From a virus (Duplodnaviria; Caudoviricetes), in the IMG/VR virus record IMGVR_UViG_3300042904_000246, positions 1 through 40,508 of that record: a DNA stretch of 40,508 nucleotides. One strand, written 5' to 3'. The notes under the pieces were generated by a model that was not told where the DNA came from, did not search any database, and saw nothing but the letters and a program-made list of their open reading frames with translations. The position numbers and the translations under genes were made by a program. This document shows positions 9,026 to 18,449 of this stretch, piece after piece; the stretch's first letter is position 1, and each line of letters begins with the position of its first letter.

Positions 9026-10938
9026 TTAGCCTGTTTCCAATACTTATCGGCCTTCGCTTCCGCCTCGGTCGCGGTGTAGCCGGCCTTTTTGAACGCGTTT
9101 CGGAGCGAGTCCCGGGACTGGAAGGAGAACTGTCCTTTGATCGTCCCCTCGTTGATCTCTAGCCTCTTCGCCCCGGTTGCTGTCCCGTTCGGCGAGCTTT
9201 CCTTTTTCACCTTACCATACTGCCCACCGGTCAGGTAATTAACCCCGTCGTCTAGCCGCGTTTCCGCCGCGTCCGCCGCCTCCGCGAGCTGCGAGATCCG
9301 CGCGGCTTCCGCACGGAGCTTCGGATCCTTCGGCCAAGTGGACTCCACGCGCGGGTTAAAGCCGTTCCACAGGTGCCCGGTATCCTCGTCTTTGGTGGCC
9401 CCGAGGAGCGCGTCCTTGAAGTTCTTTCGGGCATTGTCGGCGCCGCGCCGGAGCTGACCCACCACGAGCCCGGTTTGTTTACTGTCCTTCCCGCCCGAGC
9501 CCTGCGTCTCCAGCCGGCGCGCCGCGTTCGCTACCTGCGCGGTGCGGGTCACAATCAGGTTCGCGACGTTCTTTTCCCGCGTCTTGACGTCCCGCGCGGT
9601 GAGATCCAGGCGCCGGTTCTCAATTGCTAACTCCTGCGCTAGCTTTTGATCCCCCTGATCGAGCTTCCGGTCGCCCTGCCCGAGCCGCCTATCTCCCTGT
9701 CCGAGCTTCCGCTCGCCCTGTGCAAGTTTTTGCGCGGTAGCTAGACCGTTGGGGAACATCGCCGTGTAAGGGCTCGCCGGAGGGGGAGCGCCGGCTTGCT
9801 CCGCCTCGCGCGCCTTCATCGCCGTGACTTCCGGAGATTCCGCCGCGGTGAGCGCCCCCGAGCGCATGGTCGGCGGCGCCGGCCGGCGGAGTGGGGGAGC
9901 GACCGCGGGCACCCGCGACTTCGCCAGGGAGCCGGCCACGAGCGCCGGATAGCTGAAGTCCTGATCCTCGCCCACCGGCGCCGCCGCGGGGAGCCCTTCC
10001 GCGGGTAGGGGAGCCGCGGCGCCCGCCGGCGGGACGACCTCGCGGGGTAGGGGAGTGGGGATCTCGACGGGAGCCGCCGCGCCGCCCGCTGCGGACCCCT
10101 CGCCGCCGCCCATGAGGGATTGCCAGAGCGCCGTTTGCTTCCGCTCGAAATCTTCCATCCCTTCCGCAGTGCCGCCCATGTCCGAAAAGTCGCGCCGCGC
10201 CTTCCCGATGTAGTCGGCAAAGCTCTTGTACTTCGCCATTTCTAACCGCGAGTCGGCGATCCGCTGCGCCGCTTCCCGCTTCCGCGCCTCGCGCATCTCC
10301 AGCGCCGCCTGCCGGAGCTTCTCCAGCTCAACGGCATGCTGCTGCACTAGATCGGTCACAGACGGCCCCAGATCCGCGCCAGCGCCCAGGACGGAGACCT
10401 CGCCACCGTTTGCTGCCGCCTGGAGATCCGCCTCGTAAGAGCGCCCCGGCTGCGCGTACGCTTTCGGGTTGGTTTTCGCGATCTCGCCGACCCGTCCGAC
10501 CCGTTCAGTCCGCAAGAGATTTTCGACGGCCATGCGCTTCGCATAATCCGCCTGCGTTTCCCCCTGCGCGAGCGCGCCGGCGCCGACCTGCTCCGGACGC
10601 CACGGTCCGACCCCATCGCCCCCAGGTTTCGGGACCGCCGGCAGGGACTCGCCGCCGAGCGTCGCGTCGCCAGTGAGGACGCGCGCGGCCAGCGCCGCGG
10701 CCTGCTTCTGCCCCTCGGGAGCCAGGGTTGAGCCGATCGCACGCGCCGCGTCCGCCTGCTGCGCGCGTTGCCGCATGAGGAGTTCCTGATCGGCGCGCGC
10801 GTTGTCCTGCGTCCGCTGATCGGTCCGCTCCTGCCGCTGCGCGGCGCGCTCGCGCCGGGAAGCCCCTACGCCTTTGGCCCCGAACGCGCCGCCGACGAGG
10901 AGCCCGACGAGACTCGCTAACCCGTTTCCTCTGGCCAT
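9022..10938 (-). CDS. Putative internal virion/ejection protein (638 aa)
   Basis: N-terminal Gly-rich hydrophobic segment (LASLVGLLVGGAFGA), coiled-coil and Pro/Ala linker regions; lies between a small and a giant ejection-type gene, as in podoviruses. Confidence 0.65.
   Translation of the reverse strand: MARGNGLASLVGLLVGGAFGAKGVGASRRERAAQRQERTDQRTQDNARADQELLMRQRAQQADAARAIGSTLAPEGQKQAAALAARVLTGDATLGGESLPAVPKPGGDGVGPWRPEQVGAGALAQGETQADYAKRMAVENLLRTERVGRVGEIAKTNPKAYAQPGRSYEADLQAAANGGEVSVLGAGADLGPSVTDLVQQHAVELEKLRQAALEMREARKREAAQRIADSRLEMAKYKSFADYIGKARRDFSDMGGTAEGMEDFERKQTALWQSLMGGGEGSAAGGAAAPVEIPTPLPREVVPPAGAAAPLPAEGLPAAAPVGEDQDFSYPALVAGSLAKSRVPAVAPPLRRPAPPTMRSGALTAAESPEVTAMKAREAEQAGAPPPASPYTAMFPNGLATAQKLAQGERKLGQGDRRLGQGDRKLDQGDQKLAQELAIENRRLDLTARDVKTREKNVANLIVTRTAQVANAARRLETQGSGGKDSKQTGLVVGQLRRGADNARKNFKDALLGATKDEDTGHLWNGFNPRVESTWPKDPKLRAEAARISQLAEAADAAETRLDDGVNYLTGGQYGKVKKESSPNGTATGAKRLEINEGTIKGQFSFQSRDSLRNAFKKAGYTATEAEAKADKYWKQAK
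9631..9732 (-). repeat. 21-nt / 7-aa tandem repeat in the 638 aa protein
   Basis: QKLAQGE RKLGQGD RRLGQGD RKLDQGD QKLAQE, five heptads. Confidence 0.8.
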
Positions 10939-10941
10939 AGA

Positions 10942-11784
10942 TTAAAACCCCGAAGCCGTTTTGTAGATGCTCGCCCCGGCACCCGCCGCCTGCGCGAAGG
11001 TATCCATCCAACTCGGTTGCTGCATCCGAGTAAGCTCGAGCTGCAACCGGTCGCGCATGATCGAATCGTTGTAGCTGTTGCCGCCCGTAATCAGCGAGAG
11101 GAGTAGGGAGCGCGCCGCGTCCGCTTTCCCCGCCGCTTCCTGCCCGATCATGTGATTGAAATTCGAGTTATAGGCCGCTTCGCCGGCATCGATCCCGCCC
11201 ATCACGGCGCCGCCGTAGGAGCTTTCGCCCATACCGCTCGCCAGTTGCCGCCGGAGCGCCTCGCCGCGGACTCGGTCGAAGTTATCGCCGGCCTGCTCCT
11301 GCTCGCCGGCGTGGAGCGCCGCCAGCTTCTCCGGATCCGCCTGCGCGAGTAGTTCCTGAATCATTTGGGGAATCTGCGAGAGCGCCTCGAATTGCAGGGT
11401 ACCCAGCCCCGCCCCCAGCGCGCGCCGCATCTGTTTAGGCCGCGGCGCGTTCGAGTCGAAGTACCGCCCCGCACTCTCCCCGAAGTAGTCGCTGCCCGCC
11501 TGGATCTTTGCCTGCCGCGCCGCTTCCTGCCGCGCGTCCTGCGAAGCAGTTTGCGGTGCCATTTGGGGAGCCGCCGGGAGCCCCGGGGCCTTGGCCGCGT
11601 TCGCGATCGTCGGCGCGTTGACGTTGCCCAGCGGGTTCGGATTCACGCCCGCACCCGCCGCGGACGCCGCCGCCGCCGCCAGCGGGGAAGCCCCCAGCGC
11701 CAGCGCCGCCGGATCCTTCTTCGCCTTCCCCTGCGCCAGTGCCGCGGACGCCGCCGCCTTCAAGCCGTAATTTGGAGTTACCAT
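10942..11784 (-). CDS. Putative small internal virion/ejection protein (280 aa)
   Basis: Ala/Gly/Gln-rich; GMGESSYGGAVMGG motif and C-terminal AQAAGAGASIY; SD-like GGGGGAGAGGG upstream; first of the three ejection-type genes. Confidence 0.6.
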   Translation of the reverse strand: MVTPNYGLKAAASAALAQGKAKKDPAALALGASPLAAAAASAAGAGVNPNPLGNVNAPTIANAAKAPGLPAAPQMAPQTASQDARQEAARQAKIQAGSDYFGESAGRYFDSNAPRPKQMRRALGAGLGTLQFEALSQIPQMIQELLAQADPEKLAALHAGEQEQAGDNFDRVRGEALRRQLASGMGESSYGGAVMGGIDAGEAAYNSNFNHMIGQEAAGKADAARSLLLSLITGGNSYNDSIMRDRLQLELTRMQQPSWMDTFAQAAGAGASIYKTASGF

Positions 11785-11884
11785 ATGAGCCCTCTCCCCC
11801 TTATTCTAACGGATACCGGCCGGATCTCGGGAGAGTGACCCGGAAAGCGCACTTAACCGGGTTTCCGCACGCTAGCCTAGCGGG

Positions 11885-11900
11885 TAAACTCTCCCTAATG
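11885..11900 (+). promoter_or_regulatory. Possible -10 element for a leaderless transcript of the plus-strand gene
   Basis: TAAACT at 11885-11890, 7 nt before ATG 11898; no SD; no convincing -35. Confidence 0.35.
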
Positions 11901-12341
11901 AAACACTCAACCGCTTCCCTGCTCCTAGTAGGCGGACTTGCCGCCGCCGCCCAGGCCGGAGCGCGCCCGGGATCCGCCCGCGCGCCGTTCGTCTCGCTCG
12001 CCAATCCCGCCGAGCCCGGGGACAATGCGGACCATTACGTCTCCCGCGCGCCGCGCTTCCTGCGGGACGGCGGCAATCGCGTTTTGATCCGCACCCACAC
12101 CGGCGAGCGCCTGGAGTTCTACGTCGCCGGACCGGACGGCACCGGTTATCACCGCTACCCGGATACTGCACTCATCCGGCACCTCGGGAGAGGGGAGTAT
12201 GCCCTCGCCGCCGCGGCGCATGCGGACGTCACGGTCCCGGGGCGCCGGCCGCATTTCAAATACGGCCCCCTGCGCGTCACGTTTCGCAGTCGACACGGAC
12301 ACCGGATCCATTGGGAGCTACTCCAGGTGGCCGAGGATTAA
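11898..12341 (+). CDS. Opposite-strand secreted protein (147 aa), moron-like
   Basis: Fills the gap between minus-strand genes; starts MKHSTASLLLVGGLAAAAQA, a typical signal peptide ending in AxA; stop overlaps the convergent tail-fibre stop. Confidence 0.7.
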   Translation: MKHSTASLLLVGGLAAAAQAGARPGSARAPFVSLANPAEPGDNADHYVSRAPRFLRDGGNRVLIRTHTGERLEFYVAGPDGTGYHRYPDTALIRHLGRGEYALAAAAHADVTVPGRRPHFKYGPLRVTFRSRHGHRIHWELLQVAED

Positions 12342-13588
12342 TTCCACACCACCAGCAAGTACGCGGACGCTACGCGCGCGGCCGGAGTGCCGCCAGCGGT
12401 CTCGAAAATCGCCAGCCGGGACGTCGCAGAGAACGCGTAATCTCCGGTACCCACCGCGGAAAGCTGCGTCCCAATATCCGCGCCGGTCACGGTCGCCGTG
12501 ATCCCGGTGGCGGTGTAGGTGTTATCGGAGTCGTTGCTCAACTCGTACACTTCCACCGTGTAGGTATCGCCCGACGTCCCCACGTCCCCGGAAAGCGTCA
12601 CCGCAATACCGACGAGATTCCCCGCTGCCCACATTCTCTGCGGGGAAAGCCCGGTCACATGCGCCATGAGTCCGGCGCTCGTCGGTGCCGCGCTCGTGTC
12701 CGCCTGATGCCAGCCCCCGATTACTTCCCGCCCCTGCGAATTGAGCGTCAGGAGCAACCGGTCGTTTATCGCATCGTCCGAAGGCCCAAAGTTGATCCCG
12801 AGCCCCGGGGTAAGGTCCAGCTCTCGCCGCGTCGCGTACAGCAGGCCGCTGATGTAGAACGCCGTACGCGCCGTCGCCGAGAGGGTCCCGGTATGGTCCG
12901 CCGTGGTGCCCGCGACGCTCGCCTGCGTGCCATGCTGCGAGCCGGAGATCGTGCCGGACACTTCCGCGAGCGCCACCGTGCCCCAGCCCGGTTCATTCAC
13001 ACCCATTTTGAAAACAGTGTTGGTGGAACCCTTGCCGAGTCGCGTCCAGGCAGGGGAGACGCCCGAGCCGATAATCACGTCCCCGCGGACCACCGTTCCC
13101 ACCGCGCAGTCGGGATGCGTCGCTGAAAGCAGATTGTGCGACGTCGCCGTCGCCGCGAGCGTGAGCGTATTCCCTACCTGTGTAATCGTAATCCCGGAGC
13201 CTTCCGCCAGGAGAATCGAGCCGTGGATATCGTCTCCGCCGCTCTTCTTGACAGTGAACACGCCTTTATGGGTGTGATCCACGCGCGCGGGCAGCGTCCC
13301 GGTGCCCACCGCGCCGGCGGAAGCAATGTCCGCAAAGGTGCCGGTGCCGGTGTGATCGTCCATCCCATGCGCGCGGTTGGTCAGGTTCGCGTAACTGACC
13401 TGCCGGGAATCGGCGCCGTCATGGGCGTGACCCGCCGCGGTATCGAACACGATCCGCGCCTCGGGGATCAAGTTCGTCGAGCCGTACTGCTGCGGTTCCG
13501 GCGCCGGCGTGAGCCCGACGAGTTCCACGCTGCCAAGCGGATTCAACTCCCGCCCCTGCCGTTTCCCCTTCGCATTCCCGAAACGCAT
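12338..13588 (-). CDS. Putative tail fibre/spike protein (416 aa)
   Basis: Gly/Thr/Ser-rich; HxH motifs (GHAHDG, DHTHKG); fibre-like segments LLAEGSGITITQVGNTLTL and VRGDVIIG..WTRLGKGS; beta-rich C-terminal domain; follows the nozzle gene. Confidence 0.65.
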   Translation of the reverse strand: MRFGNAKGKRQGRELNPLGSVELVGLTPAPEPQQYGSTNLIPEARIVFDTAAGHAHDGADSRQVSYANLTNRAHGMDDHTGTGTFADIASAGAVGTGTLPARVDHTHKGVFTVKKSGGDDIHGSILLAEGSGITITQVGNTLTLAATATSHNLLSATHPDCAVGTVVRGDVIIGSGVSPAWTRLGKGSTNTVFKMGVNEPGWGTVALAEVSGTISGSQHGTQASVAGTTADHTGTLSATARTAFYISGLLYATRRELDLTPGLGINFGPSDDAINDRLLLTLNSQGREVIGGWHQADTSAAPTSAGLMAHVTGLSPQRMWAAGNLVGIAVTLSGDVGTSGDTYTVEVYELSNDSDNTYTATGITATVTGADIGTQLSAVGTGDYAFSATSRLAIFETAGGTPAARVASAYLLVVWN

Positions 13589-13591
13589 CGC

Positions 13592-16447
13592 TTACCCCCG
13601 CAGATAGAACGCCGCGCGCGCGGACCGGATCCGGATCGCCCCGGTATGACCCGCCGCCGGCGAGGAGAGGAGCAGTGCGGCAAACCGGCCGCGGACGTCC
13701 GCGGCACACCGGCGGAGCGGCGCCGCAAACGCCTTCGCGGACGTGAGACTCAGGGAATAGCTGGAGCCGTAATCCGTCCCATCCAGCACCGGCGTTGCAT
13801 CGACCGTTTCGCCCGTCGCCGCGTCCGCTTCCACCGAGACATGGCACCATTCCAATTTAGCGCCGACGCCCCCGTCTTCGGTCCGCCCCTGCCATTCCCA
13901 GGTGATCGCTTTCGCGGTGAGGGTGCCGGCGCCGTTCGTCGCGTAATCGGTCAGGATCTCCGCGTCGCTGCCGTCCCGGTGGAGATACCAGACGACCCCC
14001 TGCGCCAGATCGCCGGCGAGGAGCTGCCCCGCGTCGCCGCCCCCGCGCTTCAAGGCGTGATAACAGCTCGCACCCCAACTCGGCGCCCCGGAGACGGCGC
14101 TCGTCCCGTACAGCGTCCAGCCGCGGCGCTTCGGATTACTCTGCGGGGAGAGGTCGCCGAGTTCCGGATCGAACACCAGCACGGAATCCGCCTCGAGGGA
14201 GAGCAGGATCCGCCCCCGCTCGTCTACCCCGAACGCCGCCGCCGCCCGTTCCGCGGCCGTCATGGTCCGCAAGAGATCGCCCACCGGCTCGGAAACGATC
14301 CAGGACTCGAAGAGCCCTACATTCCCGCTGTTCGGCGCCAGGACGCGCACCCCGTCGCGCGCCAGGAGCCAGATCAAGCGGCCGGAGACGGTCACGGCTT
14401 CCCGCCCGTCCAGGCCGAACGCGGCGCGCCGGCGGAGCGTGAAGTCGTCCCAGCCGGAGCCTTCCAGCACCCAGACGGACCGGTCGCAGAAGATCAAGAG
14501 TTCGCCGTCATGCTCCACAATGCGGACAATCTGATCATGCGTGGGGATCCGCACCCAGCCCGGTTCCCCCGCGCCCTTCTGCGGTTCCTGCGTCGTCGAG
14601 AACTCCTCCACGAACCCCAACCGGGAGAGATACAGCCGATCCGGGTACCACGTCCCGCCCAGGTAGACGTTTCCCGCCACCATGCGCCCGTTCGCCAGCG
14701 CGTACGTCTTCGCGATCGGCGGCGCAATCTTGCCGGTGACGAGTTCTTCGGCTGCTTCCAGCGTCAGCGCCCCGTCGCTTTTCGCGTCGAAGTGGAACGC
14801 CCAGGAGACGGCCGCGCCGGAGCTGTGCGTCGCCGCGGTGGTGCCGTCGAAGCCGCGCGCTACCTGCACGGTGCCGGCGTCCTGATCTACGTCCCGCACG
14901 AGCACCTTTTCGGAGCCGCACAGGAGCACGGAGCCGCGCGAGATGCCGACCACCGACGCCAGCGTCCAGGTTTCCTGTAGCCGCGGGGAATCGGTCACGG
15001 CGGCGCCGAGCGTCGTCGCCGCGTTCGGCGCCGTGCCCACCAGCCGCGCCTTCCGGAAAGGGCCGTTCGCCCGGTGCCGATAGATGCGAATGACCGAGAC
15101 CGTCGCGTCGCCGGAGACGGCCGGCGTCACCTTCACCCCGTAGGCCGGCGGGAGCTCGTCGAGCTGCACCGTCGCCAGGACAGACGGGTTACTCTCCCGG
15201 ATCAAGACGTCGTAATCGCTGATACGGTCCGTATCCCCATAAGTCGCGTAATACCGGTATTCGTCCGGCGTCAGGACGCCTTCCGCCTGGAGCTGATCGA
15301 ACTTGAACGTGACCGGAAACGTCGACGTCGTATTGAGCCGGATCCCGAACCCGAGCGAGCCGGTTCGGCGCGCCGGCGTCACCTTCGCGAGCGAGATCCG
15401 GAGGGGGATCCAGATACTCCCCTGCGCGGAATAGAACGTTTCGAATTGATCCCAATTCACCGCTTGCGACACCGCCACGGAGAGGGTATTGTGCGCCGCG
15501 GCCGTCGTCCCGAACTGCGCGCGGTCCACCGTCAATTGATTCGTGGAAATCGCGGTAATCCGGACGATCTCCGCCTCGATCCGCAGGTAATCGCCTACCT
15601 CCATGCCGTAGCTATCGGAGACGTTGCACGTCGCGGTACCGCTCGTCATGGTCCCGGCCAGGGTTGCGCCGTAATCGTTCGGGATAATCCCCACCTGAAA
15701 CGACACATTCGCGCGCGTGCACTGGTAATAGACGAGGAGATTTTTCGCGTGCGAGAGATCCACGCGCGCCGCATACGCGTAGCGCTTCTGGATCGAATCG
15801 CCCTTCGAGCCGCTCGCAAACGTCACGGAAAGCGCGGAGAGCCCCTCGAGCTGTTCCTCGGTGTCCCGGTCAATCGTGATCGTGTTATCCGTGCGCGCCC
15901 AGGTAGCGCCAAACGCGGTCCCGATCGAGGGTGACGACGTGTAATCAAAGGAATCGAGCACCGGCCGGTACGCGGCTAACCCCGGCGCCGCGGGCTCGGT
16001 CAGGAGCGCCACCGCCGCCGCGCTTCCGGAGCCGCTCCACTTCTGCACCGCGTTATAACCGTTCCCGAAAAAGAGATCCTCGCGGAGTTGCATGAAGTCG
16101 GTCATACCGCTGCCCGCGAGCCCGGTCGCGACTTCCAGATCAAAAGAGCCGTTCGCGTCCGTATCACCGAGCACCTTGGCGCCCACCGCCAGCAGGAGTT
16201 TACGGGAGCCGCCGTCCTGCGAGTAATAGGCAAAAATCCCGCGGACCTTTTCAGCCGTCATGCCGCTCGGCGTCGAGGAGTTGTACGGCTTCTTCCCCAG
16301 GCGCTTCGTGAGCGCGTAATCCCGGAAATCCACATTTAACGCGCGATAAGCCTGATCCGGATCCAGCTCGGTCGGATCCAGGGTCCGCACGAGGCCCCCG
16401 GAGAAGCGCGGAAACGTGAGTTCTTTTGCACCGTGTAGCGGCATCAT
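13592..16447 (-). CDS. Tail nozzle/stabilisation-type protein (tail tubular B / P22 gp10-like), 951 aa, with inserted domains
   Basis: N-terminus FSGGL..DP..L..DQ....NVDF....LTKRLG; propeller-like motifs (DLFFGNG, GRMVAG..RLYLS, GELLIFCDRSVWVL.G); synteny after the adaptor genes. Confidence 0.75.
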   Translation of the reverse strand: MMPLHGAKELTFPRFSGGLVRTLDPTELDPDQAYRALNVDFRDYALTKRLGKKPYNSSTPSGMTAEKVRGIFAYYSQDGGSRKLLLAVGAKVLGDTDANGSFDLEVATGLAGSGMTDFMQLREDLFFGNGYNAVQKWSGSGSAAAVALLTEPAAPGLAAYRPVLDSFDYTSSPSIGTAFGATWARTDNTITIDRDTEEQLEGLSALSVTFASGSKGDSIQKRYAYAARVDLSHAKNLLVYYQCTRANVSFQVGIIPNDYGATLAGTMTSGTATCNVSDSYGMEVGDYLRIEAEIVRITAISTNQLTVDRAQFGTTAAAHNTLSVAVSQAVNWDQFETFYSAQGSIWIPLRISLAKVTPARRTGSLGFGIRLNTTSTFPVTFKFDQLQAEGVLTPDEYRYYATYGDTDRISDYDVLIRESNPSVLATVQLDELPPAYGVKVTPAVSGDATVSVIRIYRHRANGPFRKARLVGTAPNAATTLGAAVTDSPRLQETWTLASVVGISRGSVLLCGSEKVLVRDVDQDAGTVQVARGFDGTTAATHSSGAAVSWAFHFDAKSDGALTLEAAEELVTGKIAPPIAKTYALANGRMVAGNVYLGGTWYPDRLYLSRLGFVEEFSTTQEPQKGAGEPGWVRIPTHDQIVRIVEHDGELLIFCDRSVWVLEGSGWDDFTLRRRAAFGLDGREAVTVSGRLIWLLARDGVRVLAPNSGNVGLFESWIVSEPVGDLLRTMTAAERAAAAFGVDERGRILLSLEADSVLVFDPELGDLSPQSNPKRRGWTLYGTSAVSGAPSWGASCYHALKRGGGDAGQLLAGDLAQGVVWYLHRDGSDAEILTDYATNGAGTLTAKAITWEWQGRTEDGGVGAKLEWCHVSVEADAATGETVDATPVLDGTDYGSSYSLSLTSAKAFAAPLRRCAADVRGRFAALLLSSPAAGHTGAIRIRSARAAFYLRG

Positions 16448-16461
16448 TTACCCCTAAACTC

Positions 16462-16493
16462 AAGGCGCCGCGCCCCGAGGAGCGCGGCGCCTT
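16462..16493 (-). terminator. GC-rich hairpin, probable intrinsic terminator/attenuator
   Basis: aaggcgccgcgc (16462-16473) pairs perfectly with gcgcggcgcctt (16482-16493); followed by GAGTTT on the minus strand and by T residues on the plus strand. Confidence 0.65.
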
Positions 16494-16521
16494 TTCCGTG
16501 TGTATTCCGTGCGGTGCGGAC

Positions 16522-16947
16522 TTAATCCGCGGTGCCGTCGTCGTCCGAATCGTCCGCGTTTTTTCGCGGTCGACCGGGCCCGCGGCGCTTCTCGTCGCCG
16601 GGTTCACCCTGCTCTTTAACGGCGGCTAGCGTCTTCTCTTCCACGTATTTAGCGAGATCGGCCGTCGACTCGAACGCGCGCCCGTCCAGGGTAAGGATCG
16701 CGCTTTTCTCCACGAGTTCGACGGAGCCGGTCACCTCTTCGATCTCCAGTTGCTCCACGAGATCGACCGCGCCGTTCGGCAGCTTCACCTCGGCGATACG
16801 CGCGCGCCGCATGAACTGCATACCGACTTCGCTAGTGAAGATTTTCTCCTGCCCCGCCGCCACCGTGTAGCGCTGTGAATCCCAGGGGACTGTGACGTCC
16901 TTACCAGACGTGTTTTTTACTCGTACGTTGGGCCGTTGACCGTTCAT
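16522..16947 (-). CDS. Hypothetical protein with C-terminal AT-hook-like motif
   Basis: KRRGPGRPRK near the C-terminus; ATG overlaps the upstream TGA. Confidence 0.7.
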   Translation of the reverse strand: MNGQRPNVRVKNTSGKDVTVPWDSQRYTVAAGQEKIFTSEVGMQFMRRARIAEVKLPNGAVDLVEQLEIEEVTGSVELVEKSAILTLDGRAFESTADLAKYVEEKTLAAVKEQGEPGDEKRRGPGRPRKNADDSDDDGTAD

Positions 16948-17657
16948 CAATAATCCTCGTCGTCAGGGAGATAATGGATCCGGCGCCGGCCTGCGCGGAG
17001 TCCATCTTCCACGCGATCGGCGAACGCGGTTTTGGCCTCGTTCCAGCGCCGTTCCCACATCTCCAGTTTACCACCCGCCCCCTGCGAACCGCGGGAAAGC
17101 TCCACTTCCGCCAGACACATACAGATGCCGGGAATCAGCAAGCCCTCTTCCCCGGCCTGGACCGGAAGCGTAGACGCCGGGAGCGTGAGCTCCGCCGGCA
17201 CCACGCGCGCCGAGAAGCGGATTCCCGGACTCACCGCGCGGTCAGACGGCGGGAAGAGCGCCAGCCGGAGCGTCGCGTCCGTCGTCGCGCCCCGCAGGGG
17301 ATACCAGTACTCCGGCTGTCCCGCGGGTTCATTCTCCAGCGCCCCGTATTGCCGCCGGAGCGTTTGCTCGTCCGCAAAGTCGAGCTCGGTCAGGAAGTCC
17401 CCCGAGCCGTCGTAATCGATCCGCACGGTATGCTCAATCACCGAGATAATGCGGGTATCGAGTGCGTGGAGACTCGCCGCGGTGAGCGCAAGCGAGAACT
17501 CTTCCCGAAACGCGCCGGACGGCGCCGCCAGCTCGCGCAACACCTCGTTCACGCGATCGAGGAAGAGCCGGTCGACGAGGAGATTATCCTCGCCGCCGAC
17601 TTCCAGCCCATAACGCCGCTTGGCGCGCGCGTACAGGGTTTCCCAGGTGAGCGCCAT
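16947..17657 (-). CDS. Head-tail adaptor / tail ring-like protein, paralog 2
   Basis: 236 aa; GQPEYWY..LALFPP motif; similar along its length to 17661-18446; located between capsid and nozzle. Confidence 0.65.
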   Translation of the reverse strand: MALTWETLYARAKRRYGLEVGGEDNLLVDRLFLDRVNEVLRELAAPSGAFREEFSLALTAASLHALDTRIISVIEHTVRIDYDGSGDFLTELDFADEQTLRRQYGALENEPAGQPEYWYPLRGATTDATLRLALFPPSDRAVSPGIRFSARVVPAELTLPASTLPVQAGEEGLLIPGICMCLAEVELSRGSQGAGGKLEMWERRWNEAKTAFADRVEDGLRAGRRRIHYLPDDEDY

Positions 17658-17660
17658 GCG

Positions 17661-18446
17661 TTAGCCCCCCGACCGGCGCGCACCGGGCAGCAGACGCCGA
17701 TCCTGCGCGTCCTGAAGGGCGCTCTCACCGACGTTGGCCGACCGCTGGATCTCTTCCATGCCGCGGCGGATGATATCGCGCAGTTCCAGTGCCACTTTAT
17801 CGGCGTCGCGTTCCCACATCTCGACCGGCGCGTCCGGACGTCCGCGGGAGCGCTCCAGTTGCGCCATTTGCTTACAGATCCACGGCACAAGGCGCCACTG
17901 CTCATGGTCCGAAAGCGGGAGCGACGCGTCCGCCAGCGCCAGGTCGGACGGGTAGACCCAGGCGTCCATTCGCAGGTTGTTGGTCCCTACCGGACTCCCC
18001 AGGAACCCGGTGGTAGCCGGCGGGTAGACGCCGATTTTCCGGATCGCGTCATTCGTCGCCCCGGGCATCACGAAGAAGTTCGTGGGAGCCGTCGCTAGCG
18101 CCGTCCAGGCTTCCGGCGCCCCGTTCTCCCCAATCAGGGAGCGCCGCTGCTTAAAGGTGAGCCGCGTCCAGGCGCCGGACGTATCCAGCGCGCCCGTCCC
18201 GGCCCGCACCCGGACCGAGGACTGATCGACTTCAATCACCGTATCGGGCAGCGCGACCATGACCGTCGACGCCGCCAGATTAACGGTGATCTCCGCCATG
18301 TAGGGCCGCGCCAGCGCCGCAAACGCTTTATGCGCGCCGTTCAGCGCGTCCAGCATGACCGCATCCTTGAAGAGGTCGTCTTCCGTCGCCTCTTTCATGA
18401 GCCCGTAGGCGCCCTTGGCCCGTTGAATTAACTCCGCTACTGTCAT
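17661..18446 (-). CDS. Head-tail adaptor / tail ring-like protein, paralog 1
   Basis: 261 aa; MTVAELI.RA start, LDALN, PTNFF..IGVYPP, typical of podoviral adaptor proteins. Confidence 0.65.
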   Translation of the reverse strand: MTVAELIQRAKGAYGLMKEATEDDLFKDAVMLDALNGAHKAFAALARPYMAEITVNLAASTVMVALPDTVIEVDQSSVRVRAGTGALDTSGAWTRLTFKQRRSLIGENGAPEAWTALATAPTNFFVMPGATNDAIRKIGVYPPATTGFLGSPVGTNNLRMDAWVYPSDLALADASLPLSDHEQWRLVPWICKQMAQLERSRGRPDAPVEMWERDADKVALELRDIIRRGMEEIQRSANVGESALQDAQDRRLLPGARRSGG

Positions 18447-18449
18447 GCG

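Noticed and set aside
30-9162. Numerous plus-strand and off-frame ORFs over the left 9 kb
   Set aside because: They are shadows of the giant minus-strand ORF in GC-rich DNA; Arg/Pro/Ser-rich with no motifs.
12338-13588. Diversity-generating retroelement target in the tail fibre or lectin genes
   Set aside because: No reverse transcriptase and no template/variable repeat pair differing at adenines was seen.
13136-14980. 614 aa plus-strand ORF and similar long antisense ORFs (15074-15934, 16974-18098, 19756-20619, 30852-31946)
   Set aside because: Antisense to well-supported structural or terminase genes; a by-product of codon bias.
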